Positions 37,338 through 45,883 of a stretch of 64,000 bases of DNA are shown in pieces. Position 1 is the stretch's first letter. Each line of letters begins with the position of its first letter. The stretch lies in assembly GCA_041288195.1 (NCBI GenBank), contig JBGGME010000045.1, positions 4,247-68,246 of the forward strand, given 5' to 3'. A program made the position numbers and the translations under genes. Origin of the DNA: Hyphomicrobiaceae bacterium. Its GTDB lineage: Bacteria > Pseudomonadota > Alphaproteobacteria > Rhizobiales > Hyphomicrobiaceae. Below the pieces are notes generated by a model. The model ran no database searches and was not told the DNA's origin. It worked only from the letters and a program-made list of their open reading frames with translations.

Positions 37338-38719
37338 CCTTGCGCGGGAAAGCACCGTTGGGCCCTACGCAGCGTCTCGCCGAGTTCGTCGCGGGGCTCG
37401 AGTTCTCCGATCTGCCGGACGCCGTCGTCGCGCAGACCTGCGATGTCGTGCTCGACACGGTCGGCTGCGCGCTCGGCGCCTGGCGGGACGATGCGGAGAA
37501 GGCCGAGATCGCCCGCAGCCTGGCGCTGAGCTTTGCCTCGGCGCCTGCGGCCGCCGTCTGGGGCGGAGGCGGCGCGCAAGCGGATGCGAGCCTGGCCGCA
37601 CTCGCCAACGGCATCCTCGCCAACGCGGCCGACTTCGACGACACCCACAAGCGCGCGCTGCTGCACACGGGCTCGGTGATCGTGCCGCCGGCGCTGGCGC
37701 TGGCCGAAGCGCTGAAGCTCGACGGCAGGTCGGTCGTCGCCGCGGTGGTGGCGGGCTACGAGGTGGCCGTGCGCGTCGGCATGGCCGTGATGCCCACGCA
37801 CTACCGCTTCTGGCACTCGACCGCCACCAACGGCACGTTCGGCGCCGCGGCGGTCGCCGCCCGCGCGATGGGTCTCGACGCGGACAGGGCGCAGATGGCG
37901 CTGGGCTTTGCCGGCACGCAGGCGGCCGGCCTCAACACCTTCTTCACCTCGGGCGACTTCACCAAGAGCCTGCATCCCGGCAAGGCCGCCTTCAACGGCG
38001 TGCTCTCGGCGCGGCTCGCGGCGCTCGGCGCCAGCAGCCCCCCGACCATGCTGGAGCATGAGAAGGGCTACCTGCAGGCCTTCTCGCTCGAGCCGAAAGC
38101 GGCGGCGCTGACCGAGGGGCTCGGGCACACCTGGGAGATCCTGCAGAACGGGTTCGAGTTCTTCCCCTCGATCCTGGCAAGCCATGCGGCAATCCAGGCG
38201 ACGCTCGACGTCGTCGGCGCGCACGACGTGAAAGCTGCCGATATCGCCGCCATCACCAACGAGACCTACGCGACGGTGGCGAGCCACTTCTCGGCCAAGA
38301 CCGTTACGACGGCGATGGGCGCGCGGGTGAGCGTGCCCTACTGCGTGGCGGTTGCCGCCCTCGACCGCGAGGTCGGGCAGGCGCAGTTCGCGCCCGAGCG
38401 CGTGGCAAGGGCCGACGTGCAGGACCTGCTCGGGCGCACCGACGTCGTGGCGGTGCCGGAGCTGACGAAGCTCTACCCCGAGAAGTTCCCCGCGCGCGTC
38501 ACTCTCACGCTGCGCGACGGGCGCAAGCTGACCGCCACGCGCCACTTCCCCAAGGGCGACCCGCAGGAGCCGCTGACGCCCTCCGAGATCGAGGCCAAGT
38601 TCCTCGCCAACGCCGCAGCCCGGCTTTCCAAGGCGCAGGCCGCGGAAGCCGTGCGCCTGATCCGAGGTCTGCCCGGGCTCAAAGACCTCGCTCGGCTTCA
38701 CGCTCTGCTGGCGATGTAG
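37334..38719 (+). CDS. MmgE/PrpD family protein
   Basis: LAEFVAGLEFSDLPDAVV..., ANAADFDDTH, HPGKAA motifs. TTG start in TTGA overlap with the MBL stop. It is the in-frame C-terminal part of ORF 36284..38719. Confidence 0.85.
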   Translation: MTLRGKAPLGPTQRLAEFVAGLEFSDLPDAVVAQTCDVVLDTVGCALGAWRDDAEKAEIARSLALSFASAPAAAVWGGGGAQADASLAALANGILANAADFDDTHKRALLHTGSVIVPPALALAEALKLDGRSVVAAVVAGYEVAVRVGMAVMPTHYRFWHSTATNGTFGAAAVAARAMGLDADRAQMALGFAGTQAAGLNTFFTSGDFTKSLHPGKAAFNGVLSARLAALGASSPPTMLEHEKGYLQAFSLEPKAAALTEGLGHTWEILQNGFEFFPSILASHAAIQATLDVVGAHDVKAADIAAITNETYATVASHFSAKTVTTAMGARVSVPYCVAVAALDREVGQAQFAPERVARADVQDLLGRTDVVAVPELTKLYPEKFPARVTLTLRDGRKLTATRHFPKGDPQEPLTPSEIEAKFLANAAARLSKAQAAEAVRLIRGLPGLKDLARLHALLAM

Positions 38720-39620
38720 CGGGCGGCGTGCGGTCCGTCGTGCCGACGGCGATGCCGCCGAGGATCAGCGCCATGGCGACGATCAGCGACGGGTCCAGCG
38801 CCTCGCCCAGTGCGAAGGTCGAGAACAGCGTGCCGACCACCGGCGTCGCCAGCACGCCGAGCGAGGTCGTGATCGCCGGCAGGCTGCGGTTGACGGTCGC
38901 CATCGCCCAGTAGGCGACGACGATGCCGAAGATGCTGGCAAACAGGAACAGCCCCACGAGCTTGGGGTTCCAGTCGATATGGCGCGGGGCGCCTTCCAAG
39001 GCGAAGGCAAGCGCCCCCAGCACGACCATCGCCACCAGCACCTCCCAGAACACGAGCTGGAACGGCGTGGCGATCCAGGTGTGCGCGCGCACGTGCAGGA
39101 TGCTCGCGGCCCAGCAGAAGGCGCCGAGCAGGATCATGCCGTTGCCGAGCACGGCGTTCCTATCGCTCCAGTCGAAGGCCAGCGGGTTGAACATCACGGC
39201 CAGCCCCGCCACGCCGATGGCGACGCCGAGCGCGCGCCGCGGCGTGATTCGCTCCCCCAGGAACAGCCGTGCGCCGGGCACGACCCACAGCGGCGCTGTG
39301 TAGCCGAGCACGACCGAGCGCCCCGCCGGAATGAACTGGATGCCGACCGCCAGCAACGCGGCGAAGATCACCATGTGCAGCAGCGAGATGTTGAGCACGA
39401 CGATCCAGTCGCGGCGCGGGGGCAGGATCAGGTTGCCGGTGGCGATGAGGACAACCAGCAGGGCCACGATGGCGATGACCGAGCGGATTGCCGACGCCCA
39501 CAGCGGCGACACCTCGGCCACGATCGCCTTCATCACCGGCCACGTGATGCCCCACGACAGCACGACCACGGCAAACAGCAGGATCGCCGCGGTGCGGGAG
39601 AGCGTGGCGTTGGTGGTCAT
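38679..39620 (-). CDS. DMT superfamily (EamA-like) transporter
   Basis: ~10 hydrophobic helices in two EamA-like halves. Start is an internal ATG at 39620. Confidence 0.8.
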   Translation of the reverse strand: MTTNATLSRTAAILLFAVVVLSWGITWPVMKAIVAEVSPLWASAIRSVIAIVALLVVLIATGNLILPPRRDWIVVLNISLLHMVIFAALLAVGIQFIPAGRSVVLGYTAPLWVVPGARLFLGERITPRRALGVAIGVAGLAVMFNPLAFDWSDRNAVLGNGMILLGAFCWAASILHVRAHTWIATPFQLVFWEVLVAMVVLGALAFALEGAPRHIDWNPKLVGLFLFASIFGIVVAYWAMATVNRSLPAITTSLGVLATPVVGTLFSTFALGEALDPSLIVAMALILGGIAVGTTDRTPPATSPAEREAERGL

Positions 39621-39623
39621 CTC

Positions 39624-39781
39624 GTAGGTCGGGTTGGCGCGGGCAGCGCGGTTGAGAGTCCGTCTCGACGTAGAACCGCGCGTAACCCGACATGGCCTCG
39701 GCGATTGGCGATGTTGGGTTACGCGCGGATCGACGTCACGGAGCACGATGGTAGAGCACTGCCCGCGCTAACCCAACCTAC
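39624..39781. repeat. Composite REP element (family B), two inverted halves with GTAG...CTAC ends
   Basis: GTAGGTCGGGTTGGCGCGG...CCGCGCGTAACCCGAC (39624..39693) and GTTGGGTTACGCGCGG...CCGCGCTAACCCAACCTAC (39713..39781). Arm sequences match the atpG-atpD copies. Confidence 0.55.
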
Positions 39782-39785
39782 ATTG

Positions 39786-40760
39786 CTACCACGCCTTGAA
39801 CGGCGTCTCGGCGACGGGGGTCTTCGGCGGCTTGCCCTCGGCGAAGGCGGCGAGGTTGTCGACCACCAGCTGGCCCATCATGCCGCGGGTGTAGGTCGAG
39901 GCCGAGCCGACGTGCGGGAACAGCGTGACGTTGTCGAGCTCGAGGAAGGCCGGGTTGATCTTGGGCTCGCCGACGAACACGTCGAGGCCCGCACGGTGGA
40001 TCTTCCCCGCCTTCAGTGCCGCGATCAGCGCCGCCTCGTCGACCACCGAGCCGCGCGCCATGTTGATGAAGATGCCGCGCGGGCCCAGCGCCTCGAGCAC
40101 GGCGGCGCTGACGATGTTCTGCGTCGCTGGCCCGCCCGGCAGGATGGCGATCAGCGTGTCGACGTCGCGCGCCATGGCGACGAGATCGTTGTAGTAGCGG
40201 TTGGCGACGCCCTTCTGCGGGTTGCGCGAGTAATAGCTGACCGGCCGGCCGAACGCCTCGATGCGCCTGGCGATCGCCTGGCCGATGCGGCCGAAGCCGA
40301 CCATGCCGATGGTGCGGTCGCGCAGCGAGGCTGCCGTCAGCCGGTAGTCGCCCTCGCCGGGCCAACGGCCGTCGCGCAGCCACTTCTCGGCGTCGTAGAA
40401 CTCGCGCACGGTCGTCAGCAGCAGCCCGAGCGTTGTGTCTGCGACCTCCTCGGTCAGCACGTCGGGGGTATTGGTGACGATGATGCCGCGCTTGGCGGCC
40501 GCCGCCACGTCGATCGAATCGTAGCCGACGCCGAAGTTGCCGATCACCTTCAGGTTGGGGCAGAGCGCGATCATCGCCGCGTCGGTCTTCACGCCGGTGT
40601 GGCTGCCGGTGCAGATGGCGCGGACGTCGGGGCCCACCTTCTTCAGCAGCGCGTCGCGGTCCCCCGCCTGGTGCAGCCGGTGCACGGTAAACGATTTGTC
40701 GATGCCCTCGTCGATTAGCGACATCATCGGGCCGGTCGACAGCAGGGCAGGCTTCGCCAT
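39786..40760 (-). CDS. D-isomer-specific 2-hydroxyacid dehydrogenase (glyoxylate/hydroxypyruvate reductase-like)
   Basis: GMVGFGRIGQAIARR NAD-binding motif, NMARGSVVDE, LFPHVGSAS. Confidence 0.85.
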   Translation of the reverse strand: MAKPALLSTGPMMSLIDEGIDKSFTVHRLHQAGDRDALLKKVGPDVRAICTGSHTGVKTDAAMIALCPNLKVIGNFGVGYDSIDVAAAAKRGIIVTNTPDVLTEEVADTTLGLLLTTVREFYDAEKWLRDGRWPGEGDYRLTAASLRDRTIGMVGFGRIGQAIARRIEAFGRPVSYYSRNPQKGVANRYYNDLVAMARDVDTLIAILPGGPATQNIVSAAVLEALGPRGIFINMARGSVVDEAALIAALKAGKIHRAGLDVFVGEPKINPAFLELDNVTLFPHVGSASTYTRGMMGQLVVDNLAAFAEGKPPKTPVAETPFKAW

Positions 40761-40879
40761 GGGGGCTCTCCGGAAAGGCGGGTCCTCGCCTCCTAGCATT
40801 CCCCGGCGCGGACGTTCAATGTTATTGGCAGCGCCGGAATAGGTTGCGGAGCGCGGCGCACCTACCCCACATATGGGAC

Positions 40880-42496
40880 ATGACCCACGACGCCTACGAC
40901 GTCGCCATCATCGGCGGCGGGCACAACGGCCTGACCTGCGCTGCCTATCTGGCGGGCGCCGGGCTGCGCGTCGTCGTGCTCGAGAAGAACGCGGTGGTCG
41001 GCGGGGCGGCCGTCACGGAGGAGTTCCACCCGGGCTTCCGCAACTCGGTCGCCGCCTACACGGTGAGCCTGCTCAGCCCCGTTGTGATCGCCGATCTCGA
41101 GCTCGAGCGGCATGGCCTGAGGATCCTCGAGCGACCGGTCGCCAACTTCTGGCCGGTGGACGAGCGGCGCTCCTTGCTGATGCCCTACGGCATGGTTGCG
41201 AGGCAGCGCGCAGTGGCGGCGTTCTCGGCCAAGGATGCCGAACGGCTGCCGGCCTACGACGCCGCGCTCGAGCGCGCCGCGGACTTCCTGCGCGCGCTCG
41301 CACTCAAGGCACCGCCCAACGTCGGCGGCGGCATCCTGGAGCTGGCGGGCGGCGCGGGCTTCGGCCGGCGGCTCATGGGTCTTCCGCTCGCCGACAAGCG
41401 CATGCTGCTCGACCTCTTCACCAAGAGCGCATCCGACTTCCTCGATCAGTGGTTCGAGAGCGACATCCTCAAGGGCGCGCTCGCCTTCGACAGCATCGTC
41501 GGCGCCTACGCCAGCCCGCATACGCCGGGCACGGCCTACGTGCTGCTGCACCACTGCTTCGGCGAGGTCAACGGCAAGAGCGGCGTGTGGGGCCATGCCG
41601 TCGGCGGCATGGGCGCCATCACCAGGGCCATGGCGGATGCGGCGCAGACGCGCGGCGCCGGCATCCGCCTCGAGGCGCCGGTGGCCGGCCTCATCATCGA
41701 GGACGGCAGGGTCGCGGGCGTGCGGCTCGCATCCGGCGAGCGCATTGCCGCACGCACGGTGGCCGCCAACGTGCCGCCGAAGCTGCTGTTCCGCGATCTC
41801 GTGCCGGAGGGCGCCGTCGAGCCGGAACTCGCGGCCCGCTTCAAGGGCCTCAAGTCGGGCTCGGGCACCTTCCGCATGAACGTCGCCCTGTCCGAGCTGC
41901 CGGACTTTTTGTGCCGGCCCGGCAGGCAGCAGCAGGACCACCACGGCTCCGGCATCGTCATCGGCGCCACCATCGACTACCTCGACCGCGCCTATACCGA
42001 TGCGCGACGCCACGGCTGGTCGCGCGAGCCTGTTGTGGAGATGCTGATCCCCTCCACGCTCGATGCCTCGCTCGCCCCCGCCGGCGGCCACGTGGCGAGC
42101 CTGTTCGTGCAGCACGTGGCCCCGCACCTCCCTGCCGGCCACAGCTGGGACGAGGCCAAAGCCGAGGTCGCCGATCTCGTCATCGACACGGTCGCCAGGC
42201 ATGCCCCCAACTTCAAGGCCAGCGTGATCGGCACCCAAGTGCTCTCCCCGCTCGACCTGGAGCGCCGCTTCGGCATGGTCGACGGCGACATCTTCCACGG
42301 CCAGCTGACCCTCGATCAGCTGTTCTCCGCCCGCCCCGTGCTCGGCCACTCCGACTACCGCATGCCCGTGCCCGGCCTCTACCTCTGTGGCTCCGGCGCA
42401 CACCCGGGCGGTGGTGTCACAGGCTTACCGGGGCGCAATGCGGCCTTTGGAATCATTCGAGATTTCAAGCGCGGCCGCTGGCGCGCCTCGCACTGA
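40880..42496 (+). CDS. FAD-dependent oxidoreductase, phytoene-desaturase (CrtI-like) family
   Basis: YDVAIIGGGHNGLTCAAYLA dinucleotide-binding motif, C-terminal LYLCGSGAHPGGGV. Confidence 0.8.
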   Translation: MTHDAYDVAIIGGGHNGLTCAAYLAGAGLRVVVLEKNAVVGGAAVTEEFHPGFRNSVAAYTVSLLSPVVIADLELERHGLRILERPVANFWPVDERRSLLMPYGMVARQRAVAAFSAKDAERLPAYDAALERAADFLRALALKAPPNVGGGILELAGGAGFGRRLMGLPLADKRMLLDLFTKSASDFLDQWFESDILKGALAFDSIVGAYASPHTPGTAYVLLHHCFGEVNGKSGVWGHAVGGMGAITRAMADAAQTRGAGIRLEAPVAGLIIEDGRVAGVRLASGERIAARTVAANVPPKLLFRDLVPEGAVEPELAARFKGLKSGSGTFRMNVALSELPDFLCRPGRQQQDHHGSGIVIGATIDYLDRAYTDARRHGWSREPVVEMLIPSTLDASLAPAGGHVASLFVQHVAPHLPAGHSWDEAKAEVADLVIDTVARHAPNFKASVIGTQVLSPLDLERRFGMVDGDIFHGQLTLDQLFSARPVLGHSDYRMPVPGLYLCGSGAHPGGGVTGLPGRNAAFGIIRDFKRGRWRASH

Positions 42497-42574
42497 CGGC
42501 TCGATTTTCCCGCGCGAACGTCCTATATTGGGTGCATCGGACAAGAGGCAGGGCCTAGAACCCTAAAGACACAC

Positions 42575-42964
42575 ATGAGCACGCCCCGACCACGCCCCCA
42601 GGTAATGAAGCTGACCGACAAGGCAGCCGCGCGCATCAAGGCCATCATGGCCGAGAAGGGCATCGGCAGCGCCGGCCTGCGAATCGGCGTCAAGAAGGGC
42701 GGCTGCGCCGGGATGGAATACACAATGGACTGGGCGTCCGAGCAGAAGCCCTATGACGAGGTGATCGAGAGGGACGGCGCGCGCGTGCTGATCGACCCCA
42801 AGGCCGTCATGTACCTCCTCGGCACCGAGATGGACTACAAGACCGACAAGCTCTCGGCCCAGTTCGTGTTCTCCAACCCGAACCAGACGAGCGCGTGCGG
42901 CTGCGGCGAATCGGTGAACCTCGCGCCCGCGCCCGGCGACAAGCTCGAGGCGCTGCGGAGCTGA
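42575..42964 (+). CDS. HesB/IscA family iron-sulfur cluster insertion protein
   Basis: LRIGVKKGGCAGMEY and C-terminal CGCGES motifs. The true start may be ATG 42605. Confidence 0.85.
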   Translation: MSTPRPRPQVMKLTDKAAARIKAIMAEKGIGSAGLRIGVKKGGCAGMEYTMDWASEQKPYDEVIERDGARVLIDPKAVMYLLGTEMDYKTDKLSAQFVFSNPNQTSACGCGESVNLAPAPGDKLEALRS

Positions 42965-42970
42965 TCCCGG

Positions 42971-44182
42971 CTAGCGATGTGCGGCCTCGGTCCTGGCCTT
43001 CGCCGGGACCATGACTTCTGCGCGCCTGAGGACGAGGCCCAGCGCGGCGATCAGCACGATCGGCGTGAGCGAGACGAGGGTCATCTCGGCGATCGAGCGC
43101 GCCGCCAGCGGCAGCACCCATAGCGCTGTCAGCATGGAGACCTCCCAGGGCGCGAAGCCCTGGCGCAGCCCGTGCGCCGCGAGGAAGGCAATGGCGGGCG
43201 CCAGCACGACCAAGTCGTAGTCGAGGAAGTAGGGCGTGGCGATCAGGCTGGCCAGGATGAGGCCCGCGGCCTTGAGCTCGAAGACCGCGCTCGAGCGCCA
43301 CAGCATCACGATCGCCACGGCGCAGCCGAGCGCAACCAGCATCTGCGCCGCATTCGCGACGGCCATCGGCACGCCGATGAGCCGCAGCCCGGCATAGACG
43401 CTCTGGATCTTGTGGAAGCCCGGCGCGCCCTCCATCACCACGCGGCGCGCCATGCCGAGCGAATGCCAGAATGCGGTGAACACGTCCGGCCCGAAGGCAA
43501 TCGATGTCAGCCCGGCGACGGCGAGCACGGTGACGGCGGCAGCCGCGATCGTGCGCCAGCGCCCGGTCGCAACCAGCGCCAACGGGAGCAGCAGCCCGAA
43601 CTGCGGCTTGTAGGCGAGGCAGCCCAAGAGCACGCCGGCGAGCAGCGGCCGGCGGTCGAGCACGAGCAGCGCGCCGCCCAGCAGCGCCGCCGTGATGAAC
43701 CCATTGTGGCCGTGCGTGACGTTGACGAACACGGCCGGGAAGGCGAGCGCCGGCAGCCACGCCTCGGGCCGCCCGGCAATGCGCGTGACGACGGCGAGAT
43801 AGGGGAGAAGCGTCACGGCCTGGTAGAGCGCGAGCGCGGCGAGAAAGGGGAGCGTGGCGAGCGCCGCCGCCAGCAGCAGGAACATCGGCGGGTAGTGCCA
43901 GCCGAAATAGGGGATGTCGGCGCGGCCCGATACTTCTTTCTGCACGGCGTGGTGGGCGTCGAAGTCGTAGGCTGCGCCCGCCTTGCCATCGAGCGCCAGC
44001 CGCCCCGCCGAATAGACGTTGGCGAAGTCGGTGCCGAGCGGGCGCCCGGCGCGGTCGACGAGGCCGTCGGAGGTCGCGAGCAGCGCGACGATGGCGACCG
44101 CATAGGCCGCGAGCAGCAGGATCGAATAGACGCACAGCCGCTCGCGCGTCACGAAGCTTCCCGATCTCAGCGCCTGCAGCAT
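42971..44182 (-). CDS. Integral membrane glycosyltransferase-like protein (DUF2029/GT87-like)
   Basis: Polytopic membrane protein with an N-terminal loop (GTDFANVYSAGRL...YFGWHYPP) resembling the DUF2029 family. Confidence 0.6.
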   Translation of the reverse strand: MLQALRSGSFVTRERLCVYSILLLAAYAVAIVALLATSDGLVDRAGRPLGTDFANVYSAGRLALDGKAGAAYDFDAHHAVQKEVSGRADIPYFGWHYPPMFLLLAAALATLPFLAALALYQAVTLLPYLAVVTRIAGRPEAWLPALAFPAVFVNVTHGHNGFITAALLGGALLVLDRRPLLAGVLLGCLAYKPQFGLLLPLALVATGRWRTIAAAAVTVLAVAGLTSIAFGPDVFTAFWHSLGMARRVVMEGAPGFHKIQSVYAGLRLIGVPMAVANAAQMLVALGCAVAIVMLWRSSAVFELKAAGLILASLIATPYFLDYDLVVLAPAIAFLAAHGLRQGFAPWEVSMLTALWVLPLAARSIAEMTLVSLTPIVLIAALGLVLRRAEVMVPAKARTEAAHR

Positions 44183-44228
44183 AGCGCAGAGGCTAGGCGC
44201 CCTCGCCTACGGAATGGTTAAGGCGCCT

Positions 44229-44337
44229 GTCATTCCCGCCAAGCGCAGCGCAGAGCGGGAATCCAGCCTCAGACACCACAATCGTCATTGATCGCCGCTG
44301 GATTCCCGCTGACGCGCTGCGCGCTCGCGGGAATGAC
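44229..44337. repeat. Family A-type nested palindrome (variant GTCATTCCCGC...GCGGGAATGAC)
   Basis: gtcattcccgc/gcgggaatgac termini and gcgggaatccag/ctggattcccgc inner arms. Confidence 0.6.
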
Positions 44338-44345
44338 AACGCGCC

Positions 44346-44984
44346 CTACTGGATGAACGGGTTGTTCTGCCGCTCCTCGCCGAGCGTGCTCATGGGGCCG
44401 TGGCCGCAGATGAACACGAGGTCGTCGCCGAGGGGGAGCAGCTTGGTCTTGATGGCCGAGATCAGCGCGTCGTGGTCGCCGTAGGGAAAGTCGGTGCGGC
44501 CGATCGAGCCCTGGAACAGCACGTCGCCGACCAGCGCAAAGCGCTGCGCGTCGTTGACCAGCACCACCGAGCCCGGCGAATGGCCCGGGCAGTGCAGGAT
44601 CTTGAACGTGTTGCCGGCCACCGTCACGGTGTCGCCCTCATCGAGCCAGCGGTCCGGCGTGACATTGCGCATGCCGGGCACCCCCATGCTCAGCCCCTGA
44701 GCGGCGAGGCCATCGAGCAGGAACTTGTCGGCCTGGTGCGGGCCCTCGATGGGGATGCCGCCGAGCTTCTCCTTGAGCTCGGCCGCGCCGCCGGCGTGAT
44801 CGAGATGGCCATGGGTGAGGATGATCTTCTCCAGCGTCATGCCGGTCTGCTTGATGCCGGCCTCGATGCGGGCAAGGTCGCCGCCGGGATCGACCACGGC
44901 GCCCACCTTGCTCGCCTCGTCCCACAGCAGCGTGCAGTTCTGCTGGAACGGCGTGACGGGAACGATGGCGGCTTTGAGCGGCAT
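44346..44984 (-). CDS. MBL-fold hydrolase (glyoxalase II-like)
   Basis: THGHLDHAGG motif, 212 aa. Internal ATG 44984 of ORF 44346..45179. Confidence 0.8.
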   Translation of the reverse strand: MPLKAAIVPVTPFQQNCTLLWDEASKVGAVVDPGGDLARIEAGIKQTGMTLEKIILTHGHLDHAGGAAELKEKLGGIPIEGPHQADKFLLDGLAAQGLSMGVPGMRNVTPDRWLDEGDTVTVAGNTFKILHCPGHSPGSVVLVNDAQRFALVGDVLFQGSIGRTDFPYGDHDALISAIKTKLLPLGDDLVFICGHGPMSTLGEERQNNPFIQ

Positions 44985-45096
44985 GTGGGGGTTGCCTCGC
45001 GCTGCGGAGGGGCCAGTCCTAGTCGAAGCGGAGGGGGCGGTCCACCACAGTATTACCGCCGGGCGAAGACAGAATGGCATCCCATGAGGCAGCGCG

Positions 45097-45876
45097 TCAG
45101 TACGCCCTATCCATACGGTAGTTGGCCTGTCGTGCCAACTGATCGAAGGTGAACACGGCAGGATCGTCACTCTTCCCAAACTTGCTAATGAACCGCTTCT
45201 TCTCTTCGAGATTCAAGAGGCCCCATCTACCAAGAATAACCGCATATTGAACCACAGGGTCCGCGGCGCCACCAAAACTTTCCCACATTTGTCGAAGACG
45301 TGTCTGGTCTCCGAAACGATATCCAGAATTGCTGGTCTGCACACCGTCGTACAGCACCAATCCACATGCTCGGTCGATTAAGTCACGACAAAAGGTTAGC
45401 TTGTTTGCACCCAACCATTCCCGCCAAGAGTCTATTTGTGTCAGAGCGGATTGTAGCCGCCGGGCGGGTGATAAGGCGCTCGTGAGTATAGGTTCATGGG
45501 CAGTCTCTATCTCGATGAGACGGACACCTGCCCCGCCTTGGCTAACCTGGACGATGGCGAAGTCCGCGACATATTTCGTTCCAATTTTCGGCTTTGCGAT
45601 CAAGGCCAAGTCACCAGCATCGTTCATTCCAAACAAGCCCATCAAGAAACCAGGACGCTGAATTAGAAACGTCTGTAGTTCCTCTTCCGGAGGATCTTTG
45701 GAGAGCACCGTACACAATGCATAGAGGTCTTGCGCATTAGGCGGCTGGCAACGGAGTCCGGTGGCTTCGAAATAGAGATCGGTACCCAGAGGGAGAATTG
45801 ACTCGAGAATCTCCTGCGCCGCTGGTGACAGCGCCTCTAAGGTCTGGCTCTTCTCTTCCTCCTGCTTGATTGGCAT
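45097..45876 (-). CDS. DUF4263/Shedu-like PD-(D/E)xK nuclease-fold protein, short form
   Basis: ADFAIV...VRLIEIET...LTQIDSWREWL...AVILGRWG...VFTFDQL is colinear with my recollection of the SduA C-terminal domain. The gene is markedly AT-richer than its neighbours. Confidence 0.55.
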   Translation of the reverse strand: MPIKQEEEKSQTLEALSPAAQEILESILPLGTDLYFEATGLRCQPPNAQDLYALCTVLSKDPPEEELQTFLIQRPGFLMGLFGMNDAGDLALIAKPKIGTKYVADFAIVQVSQGGAGVRLIEIETAHEPILTSALSPARRLQSALTQIDSWREWLGANKLTFCRDLIDRACGLVLYDGVQTSNSGYRFGDQTRLRQMWESFGGAADPVVQYAVILGRWGLLNLEEKKRFISKFGKSDDPAVFTFDQLARQANYRMDRAY

Positions 45877-45883
45877 GGACGCC

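Noticed and set aside
44985-45179. Upstream 65-aa extension of the glyoxalase-II-like ORF overlapping the Shedu-like gene's 3' end.
   Set aside because: Family similarity begins at the MPLKAAIVPVTPF start (ATG 44984). The extension would overlap the neighbouring gene and looks non-coding.
44985-45883. Direct repeats or a target-site duplication flanking the Shedu-like gene.
   Set aside because: Only a trivial 5-6-nt match (TGGCAT) was found at the two borders, so no insertion boundary is claimed.
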